Below are positions 55,222 to 64,000 of a stretch of DNA of 64,000 nucleotides, piece after piece. The notes under the pieces were generated by a model. That model was not told the origin of the DNA, ran no database searches, and was given only the letters and a program-made list of their open reading frames with translations. The DNA comes from Gnetum montanum. Its lineage: Eukaryota; Plantae; Gnetophyta. The stretch covers positions 2,600-66,599 of the forward strand of contig MNCI01001349.1 of NCBI GenBank assembly GCA_015680685.1. The letters run 5' to 3'. The stretch's first letter is position 1, and every line of letters begins with the position of its first letter. Made by a program: the position numbers and the translations under genes.

Positions 55222-58200
55222 TTAACTAGTGGCACCCGGTGGGCTTGAAGGCTCCTCTTCTTCCACCGTGCTACTAGGGCCTGCAACATCACCTAGCGTT
55301 TGTTAGCAATGATAACAAGGAAAAAAACTTATATGAAAATGTACAATAAAAAACTAATAGAAAAAGGCATAAAATTAACATAAAGGTCTAACTTGAGAGG
55401 GTTTCACTTCGGCCATGTTTGGAGCTATTCTATCAAGGCCCTCATCTAAGCATTAGAGGATCTTAACCTTTGATAGTCATGTCTAGTCTTTTGGCCAAGG
55501 TTAACACATGCATGGGTCTTTTCTTCATCCATGGTGGTCCATGTAGACAATTGCATAGAAAAAGTGGTAGATGAAGTCTCCCCTAAAGGCATGGCAATCT
55601 CCGACTTAGAAGAACCACTAACCACTATGTGGCAAGCGAATATCTTGAAAGCTTGACTCCTGCCAATTGCCTCAATGAACAACTCAATGCTACAAGCTTC
55701 AATTGACTCTTCTTTGAGTTGTGGTACATATGTGTCTTACTCACACTTATAGTGGTGCTTGTGGTCCTTCTATGTGTGCCCCCACTTGCACACCTTAGTG
55801 TTGAAGCTCTTTCACTCTTGGCCATTTCAAGCAACTACGTCCATCTATAGCCTCTACTTGATGACCTCTTGGGTAGCCGCATTCTTTCCTAGAATCACCA
55901 ACCATTACCTAGCATAATCAATTTTTGCAATTCACTAGGTACCATCTCTCTATGCCCAAGCCAACAAGAAATCATATTGGGACAAGAGGTCCCCAATCTT
56001 CATGTTTTGACTTGCCATCATCTCCTAAAGTTCATGCACACATTTTTGTAGGTGCTCATTTGAGTGCCTGCAAGTTCATAACACTTTTACACTAGGAAGT
56101 GCACACTTGCTAGCTACCTTATACACATGGTGAGGCACTTTCTCAACTTTAGGAGGATACTTGAGGATGGCATCTACCTTACCACCTAGTTTGGATCCTA
56201 GCAAAGCTTAGAACCTATTGGCATGCAACAAGAAAATCAACATTAGCCACAGACTAAGCATAAAATTGGTATAGCAACATAAGCATAACAACATGCATAT
56301 CAAGCTTGGGATCCACTTGCTATGTGCGGTCCACCATATCCTCAACTATGCCTTCCATGAAAGCAAATTCATCTAGCATCTCCACCCACTGCTTCATGCA
56401 GTGGGCAGGCATAAGCAATTGATCATTGGTAAGGATATTTGAACCTATAAACCAACATGATGTAATATTTAGCAACTAATAAACAACTAAATATGAAAGA
56501 GCGAAAGAGAAAAAATAGATGGCAACTTAAAGCACTTACCAAGCAAGCCCTCAAGCATCAATTTAGGAGGATCTCCCAACTGCACACCACCAAAGAGACT
56601 AGTAAAATCATCCTAGTTAGGGTGGATAGCTGCTCTACATCAAACTATTAGAAGGCCTTTGTGGCCTCATGTAGCTCCTCTCTAGGTTTCCCTTCCTTCT
56701 TAGTTTGTGGAGGGTCTATCTCTACTATTTCTACCATCACTGCGTTGGCAACCTTCTTGCCTAATTCACAAAAATAGCATAGTAGCATTAGTATAACATA
56801 ACAAGAAAACATAAAATTATAAACATAGAAAATAAAAAATAAATGCATCTACACATGTGCTAACCTATAACATCTATGTGTAAAGTTGGTATCTTAAGAT
56901 GAACTTTCTTGATGTCCACTTGTTCAATTGTAGGAGTAGCCTCCTCCATTGCATGAGGCCTCTTGACCTTTCCCTTGGAGGGCCTTACTATTTCTTCAAT
57001 GTAATAGTTGTCCCTATTCACATCCCTAATAATAGTTTGGGGACACTCACCTATGCTATCATGGGAATAATGTGACCATGACTTCCCCAAATGGTCTTTG
57101 ATCTTAACTAAATATGACTCATCGATCCCTTCTAAGGGGTCGTGCATGCAAGTGGTGGTGAACAAGTGACCCAAGGCTTGGAAAACTACTCACGATCTGA
57201 CACCACCCAATGCTCACTATCTCATACAACTAGGAACTTTGTGAACCTTTGTAGATACATTATGAAGAACTTGAAGTGCACGTGAGACCTTTCTTGGAGG
57301 TTGTAGTGAAGTCTGGTGATCTTTTTTTGTAGTCTAGAAATGAACAACGAGGCCTAATTGAACCTTGTGCCCTCCTCCAATACCTTCCTCATTACTTGCA
57401 CCTACTCCACCTCAAGGATTTTTCCTTGGGAGAGCAACCTTAGGAAGGCATGGGCACAAAAAAGAGGGTAGAGCTCTTGAACATCAAGCACATGCATGTC
57501 TTTAGCCATGATGCCTTTGTGAAATTAGGTGGTTTCTAAACACTAACAAATCTCTCCTTTTTAGTCCACCTCTTTGCTATCCTTGTTAATGACCAACCAG
57601 ACCTTAGAAGGGAGGCCAAAGAGGTCAATAAAGAAGGCATCATTGAGGTCCAACTCTACCCTCACTTTGTGCATGCTGGTGATGAAGCAGTAGGTGTCAC
57701 TGTTGAAGGAGTTAATAATGGTGATCATCTCGGTTGTTGGAATGCTTGGGATAAGGTATAAGAAAAGGTCCATCAACACAACACACGTGAGCCAACTGAT
57801 TAGCACCTTAGAAGCCCAATGGCATAACCAATTGTGTGTCCCCTCTATATCATTATACTTCAGGGTGTCCTCCTTGTGGCCAGTGGTGACTACTATAACT
57901 ATTCTAAAGTAACTATAGCTTTAACATAGGAAAAATTAACATTAGCATTATGCAAGGGCAAATCAATGAGTGCATGTGAGCAAGCTTAAAAGCCAAACAC
58001 ACAAATGCTTATGTGGAGAAAATGATATGTGAGGTAGTGGTGGTGGTGCAATTACCTACTCAATGTTGGGCACACCACTAGCCCATTTCTCATCAAGCCA
58101 ACCATAGGTCTTGCACTACTCAAATGCCTTTGAGTACTAAGTGAAGTATTTCTTTAAATCTTCTCCCACCTGCTTGAGCATAGCCTCGTAAACATTCATA

Positions 58201-60472
58201 CTAGAGGAGAACACCTTTAGGGTTGTGCAAGTTAAGGCAAGAGCCTTTGGCTCATCATGGAGCCCTTGATCATCAACCTTAAATTTGGCATAAATCATGA
58301 GCATTTAGCATTTAGCAAATTTAGCATGGTTCAATAGCAAGAAACACAACATAAAATCATAGGAGTGCTCATCTTCTTGCATAGTATATGATGGTAGGTG
58401 GATTCTAAAATACTATATGTACATGTAGAGAAACAAACAGGGTGTAACTCCAACATCACCCATATCCTAGATAGGGGATGAATGCCCCTAGGGTCATGTC
58501 TTGAACCACCTGCTCTATCATCACTGGTCATAGGCTCATTGAACATAAATCATAATATGTTCTAGTTAGCCCTAGACAATAATGTCTCAGTGATGGTGTT
58601 TGTAGCCTCCATCGCTAAGTGTGACCACATGATCACACTGAATTGCTATAGCAAGAATGCCAGAAACTCAAATGCCCCTAGCTGAAACCATATCACCTAA
58701 TAACCTAACTTCATATTTGGTGTAGGCATGCTAGGCATAGGATCACTCATGCAAAAAAGAATGTTGACAAGCTCCACAATAACCAATATGGGCTTTGGCA
58801 AAACCCTATGATCACATAAGTGATAAATGTAGCATTAGTATACATTAGATGCATTTTGGAAAAAACACATTAGTTTACACTTAGCAAAACTTAGCATGGC
58901 ATAACATAAGTTAGAAAAAAATATGTCTTAGGGCCCACTAGGGACCCATAGGTATAGGATGTCAACATAAACATTTGAAACACCTAGTACTCATTAGGGT
59001 ATAGCATGTTAGCATATTATTAGCATTTTGTCTCACATGCTTACATGCCTTGCATTTTCTTGGTGTGCATATTTTACCAGTCTAACATTATTTTGGTTTA
59101 CAAGATTGGCATTATTATAGTTTTTAGTGTTGTTTATATTTAGCAAAATTTTCCAAATTTTTTCTAACTCTGGGCAACGTAGTCTAAAGATGCCTAGGAA
59201 AAATTCTAACTCTAGGCTACCTCTAGGAGCATAATCTAGGAATGCAAAAAAAAAAAAAATTCTAATTGTCAACTATGCTCACCAGGGAGTGTAGCCCTCA
59301 ACTTTTCAAAAAAGAAACAAACTAGGTATTTGACCTTGCACCCTACACACTTTTCACTAATTGACATCGTGACCATCTTTCCTATGGTTCCATCGCCCAA
59401 CCCCTACCCCATCAACTACAATCTCCTTGGCTACAGCTACCACACCATGACCCTCACCTCGTCCCTATGTAGCAGGCTATCTTGACCACTATTGACACTC
59501 TCCCTTCCTACCCCTCATGGTATGCCACAATGACCATTGCTAGCATTGACAATCCCTCCCCTAGGTGTAACAAAAAAAGATAAAAATAAAAATAAGTAAA
59601 AACATAATGCAATGGTTACACCTTGAGCCACATGCCCCACTTCACTAGCAATGACTCTAGGACCATAGCCAAACCCTCACCCCTACCTCACGTGAGATTG
59701 AAAAAACAAGCAAAATAAAAATTCTCTAGTGACCCCACATAGACTCGCCACCTCTCTTACCCTATGGATACATGGGCCACTACAACTATTGCAACTACTA
59801 CAAAATGTAGCCTTGATATACTCTATTTCCATTAAACCCTCCCTTGGTAGCCACATTGACCACTATCACAATGCAAACCCTCGTCCTTAAACCAAAACAA
59901 AGCCTTGAACCCCACACACTTAGCAAACCCCCTACCCTATGTACATTGCCAAATAAAAATAGTAATTTTTTCCATGCCCATGGTCTTCCTTTCTTTTCCT
60001 TCCATAGTTGCAGCTATAGCCAAGCCCATGCACCTCACCCACCTATCAAAACAAATAGAAAATAAAGAAATAGATAAAATATTGAAACCCTTCCAACAAG
60101 CATCAATTCTGCCATGATTGTGATGGGCCTAAATGGCCATGGTAGTGGTGGCCTCCACCAAGGCAAACTGCCACTCCCAAAACCGAAAGCCAAAACCTAA
60201 GTGTAAGAAATGTAAAAAATAATAAAGGGGGGGGGTTGAGCCTAGCTAACGTAGCTAGTGGTTGATGGCACTCTCCTCTCCTCCATGTGTGCTCGTGATA
60301 GGCACTCCAAGACTTGCTCTCCTCCCTTCACATTGCCTAGGCCAAGGTGTTGACTACCACGTTGGTGTGACATTGTTAGCAATTACACTCTTGCAACTAT
60401 GCTATGCTCTAAAAAGTTCATTTTTATCTTTTGAAAATGATAAATTTACCAAGGATAAAATGTGCTTATATA
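55222..60472 (-). pseudogene. Multi-exon antisense extra gene inside the PR-RT interval of element B (PMD-like domain plus helical C-terminus)
   Basis: TATATAA 60466-60472. GT-AG introns at 56864-56761 (phase 1, joins ORFs 56860-57174 and 56648-56848 in frame) and 56539-56445. INSFNSDTYCF..LDLND..LFGLP and FN*ASLFISRL. C-terminal block homologous to A. 5' exons uncertain. Confidence 0.72.
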
Positions 60473-60696
60473 TCCCTAGGGACCACTTAAGTTTTAACCT
60501 ACCTAGGACCACGCTCAATAGTGTTGAGTGTAGTTAGGTGTGAGCATAGTCACAAGAGTTAGAAACATTTTTGATTTTTCTAGCAATCTTTAGACTTACA
60601 AAAATTTTAAATTTTTCTTATCACCCAATGAGTGCCCTAGCCAATTTTGCTTTCTTGATGTACCAAACCTCATTCTAAAAATGCATTTAGCACATC

Positions 60697-60850
60697 TAAC
60701 TATCCACTACGACATTAAGCTAGCATTCAACCATCTGCTATGACATTAAACTAGCATCTAATCATCTACTATGATGTTAAACTAGCATCCAACGGTCCAC
60801 TAAGACCTTAAACTAGCAACCCCATGGCATGCCGAGGCCTAAAACTAGCC
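60697..60850 (+). repeat. Array of about 5 dyad motifs upstream of the pol ATG (element B)
   Basis: Example ACGGTC-CACTAA-GACCTTAAACTAGC, the same motif as the A array read on the element strand. Confidence 0.85.
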
Positions 60851-61002
60851 CACGGATCCCTTGCTTTTAAAATCACATTTACATACTTAGGTAAAATTTT
60901 ATCACATTTTTTTCTTTTAACTATGCATATTTCTCTCATTAAGATAGGTGTGGCTTGAAATTCTTTTGGTTGTCTTTGTAGGATTGTTGCAAAATTTATA
61001 AT

Positions 61003-64000
61003 ATGTCTACATACAAGCATCTTCATTCAATGCTAGTCCTCACTAAGCGACATGGTGATCTTACACAATGCATTGATCCTCGATGCTTAGAACTTGAGCT
61101 TGTAACCTACAATGCATACATAACATCAATAGAGGCACCGCTAGGCTAGACCAACCATCTAGTTGAGGCTCTAGATTTAAAGGTAGGTGACATCATTGAG
61201 GATCCCCTCATTGAGGTCCCCATAGCAACATTTAGTGGTGAGGCAAAGACATTGAAACTTAGTTCTTTGTTAGAGCCTCAACATTCCCAAAACATCGCAA
61301 AGGTACTTAATAAAAATATCAAGGCATTTGCATGGTCTTACATAGATATGCTAGGCCTAGATCCTTGTGTAGTGCAACACAACATAATTCTCAATCCTCG
61401 TATAAAACTAGTTAAGCAAAAAGCTCGTAAGGTTAAGCTTGACATGGTGTTGGTAGTTTGTGATGAATCACTAAGCTCTAAAAAGCTATTTTTATTTGAG
61501 ACATTGACTACATAGAATGGGTCTCAAACATCATTTTTATCCCTAAGAAAAATGAAAGTATACGCATTTGCATAGACTTCTGGGACCTTAACAAGATGAT
61601 AATTAAAGATGACTTCTCATTACCTAGTATTGATCAATTGGTCAATACCATGGCTGGTCATGAATTGTTTTCCTTCATGGATGAGTTCTCAAGGTACAAC
61701 CCAATTTGGATCAACCTAAAGCACCAACTCAGTACTACCTTCATGATTCCTTGAGGTACGTTTTGTTACACCATGATGTCCTTTGCACTTAAGAATGTAC
61801 GAGCGACTTATTAGCAAGCTACGACACATATCTTTAGCAACTACTTATTAGGTCTACTCAATGATTACATTAACGATATAGAAGTTAAATCCAAGGAATC
61901 ACACAAATAGGTAGATGACTTAGACTTTGTGCTTAAATTTTGTTTGAGGCATGAACTTAGGCTAAATCCTACAAAATGTGTCTTCAGCATCAAGATGAGC
62001 TACTTGCTTGGTTTTGTAGTATCCAAAGCAGGCATATGCATAGACTCCATTAAGGTTAAAGCCATTATCAATGTAGCACCATCGACTAACGTTAAAGAGC
62101 TATGAGGGCTACAAGGCAAATTTCAAGTCATACAAAAATTTATCACACAGTTGATCGACAAGTTACAACCCATGTAATATTTCTTAAAAAAGGGAGTCCA
62201 CTTTGAGTGGATAGCTCAATGCCAAGTGACATTCGACAACCTTAAGCAAGAGTTGGCACAACTTCCAACTATCTACCTCCATAATGAGATAAACCATTCT
62301 ACATCTACCTTACTACCTTTGACGTGTCCATTGCTTCTTTGCTTTTCCAAAAGTAAGACAATGGTACTAAGTTCTTGGTATACTACTTAAGCCATGCATT
62401 AGTAGCCTACAAAGAAAAGTACAATGATGTGGAAAAAACTTGCCTCAACTTAGTCTTCACACATAAGAAGTGGAGGCATTATCTTTTTTTCATCCAAGTA
62501 AACATCATTTGCAAGAGCAATGTACTTTGAGCTATTATAATGAATATCTATGAGAGCAATCACATTACACATTGGAAAGTAATAATTGCATAGTTTGACC
62601 AACATTACATCATGTAACCATCAACAAAAGGTTAGGTAATAGTTGCACAATTTATGGCTTCCCTGATTGATGACCAACAAATAATAGATCTAGAATTTAT
62701 AGATGAGTATGTCACTAGCATAAGCCAAATGCCTAAAAACTTTGAGAGACTCTTACACTTCAATGATGCTTCAACCTCTCAAGGGGGTAGTGACGCTACA
62801 GTAATCATATTCCCCTCTAGGGGGATCCAACCCTCTGTATATTATTTCACATTTCCTTACACTAACAACATGGTAGAGTATGAAGGTTTCCTTTAGGGCA
62901 TCTTAGCAACTTGTGACCTAGGAATCCAAAACCTAATAGTCTAAGGTGACTCACAACTAGTTGCCAACCAAGTTATAGAGGTTTACATTTGCAAAGCCCA
63001 ATACTTAAATTCTTATTATGACTTGGTGAAAAGCCTACTTAAGTAATTTGCAACTGCTAATGTTCAGTATATCCCCCACAACAAAAATTCCATTACTGAT
63101 GCATTAGCTACATTAGCCTTAAGCATTGCACTTGAAATGTTCCACGCATTGCCCACCGTGGTGGAAAATTGCACTATGCCTATCACGTAAACAACTAACA
63201 TTGCATCCATAGCCACAATAAGCATGACCCACGTAGTAGAGTGGTATGACAACATCAAGTGATACCTTCTACAGGGTGAACCTTTGTAGCATCTAATCAC
63301 TGCACAAAAGGATGTAGTGCGAAAGTAATCATGACAATATGTCATTGTGGGTGATAGCATGCTATACTACCAATCTTACGATGGCATATTGCTAACATGT
63401 ATTAGTGATATCAAAGAATAGACAATTGTTGAACAAGTCCATGAGGGACTCTGCAGAGGCCACATAGCACCCAGGGTAATGGTAGTGAAAATTAGATGCT
63501 TAGGCTACTATTGGCCTTACATGGAGTGTGATTGTATCTCCAAGATCAGGATGTGTGACATGTGTCACTAGCATGATAACTTAATGCATGTGCCACCCAT
63601 TGAGTTGCATACAACATAGATCACGTGGCCATTCCAATGTTGGCGTTGGACATCATAGAACCAATAATGTATACATCCTTCATAGGGCATAGTTTCATTA
63701 TAACTATCACTAAGTATTTTAAAAAGTGGGTAGAAGCTATTCCCCTTAGGAGAACCACATCACAGCAGGTCTGCAAGTTCATACTTGATAACATAGTGTC
63801 TTGTTTTGGTTTACCTATGACCATTGTCATAGACAACGAGCCATGGTTTAGTACTGCTAATACTAAAGGCTTTTACAAGCACCTCAGAATCCAACATTCC
63901 TTTTCATCATCCTACTACCTACAAGTGAATGGGCAAGCAGAGGCTACAAACAAGGGTATTGTCAATCTCTTAAAGAAGAGGCTCCATAGTAGCAAATTAT
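61003..64000 (+). pseudogene. Tat B pol: RT, RNase H, archaeal-type RNase H, integrase (own ATG at 61003)
   Basis: MSTYKHLHSML.. in frame with ORF 61252 (KAFAWSYIDMLGLDP); aRH TNNMVEYEG..GDSQLV; INT region ..LGYYWP..NGQAEATNK. Confidence 0.9.

Larger units (their letters stand above)
49292..64000 (+). mobile_element. Tat-clade Ty3/gypsy element B, same family and layout as A; runs off the window
   Basis: LTR, Asn PBS, gag-PR, antisense gene and RT-RH-aRH-INT are all colinear with A. Confidence 0.9.

Overview
Plant nuclear DNA, probably from a large, heavily methylated genome (possibly non-angiosperm; inference). It is almost entirely nested, decayed retrotransposons around one class III peroxidase pseudogene (22097-23902). 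Elements present: two related Tat-clade Ty3/gypsy elements with an archaeal-type RNase H (A, minus, 143-20030; B, plus, 49292-64000+); two TSD-bounded, RT-less Athila-like elements (1709-9869, 35982-43070) plus older relatives; a Tork/Tnt1-like copia; SIRE-like copia pieces; a chromovirus fragment; and a Penelope-type GIY-YIG remnant. Main finding: both Tat elements share an unusual split layout. Gag-protease ends, and RT-RH-aRH-INT restarts about 3.4 kb (A) or 6.5 kb (B) downstream at its own aligned ATG, just after a splice-acceptor-like site. The gap holds a conserved, intron-containing antisense gene (PMD-like domain in B plus a helical C-terminus) with its own TATA. This gene is bracketed on both sides by arrays of one dyad motif, GGYC-N6-GRCC-TWAAACTA. 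Separately, Athila element 1 carries an internal copy of its LTR enhancer repeats plus a TATA box upstream of a spliced env-like/coiled-coil gene. Domain names come from motif recognition by eye, not database searches.
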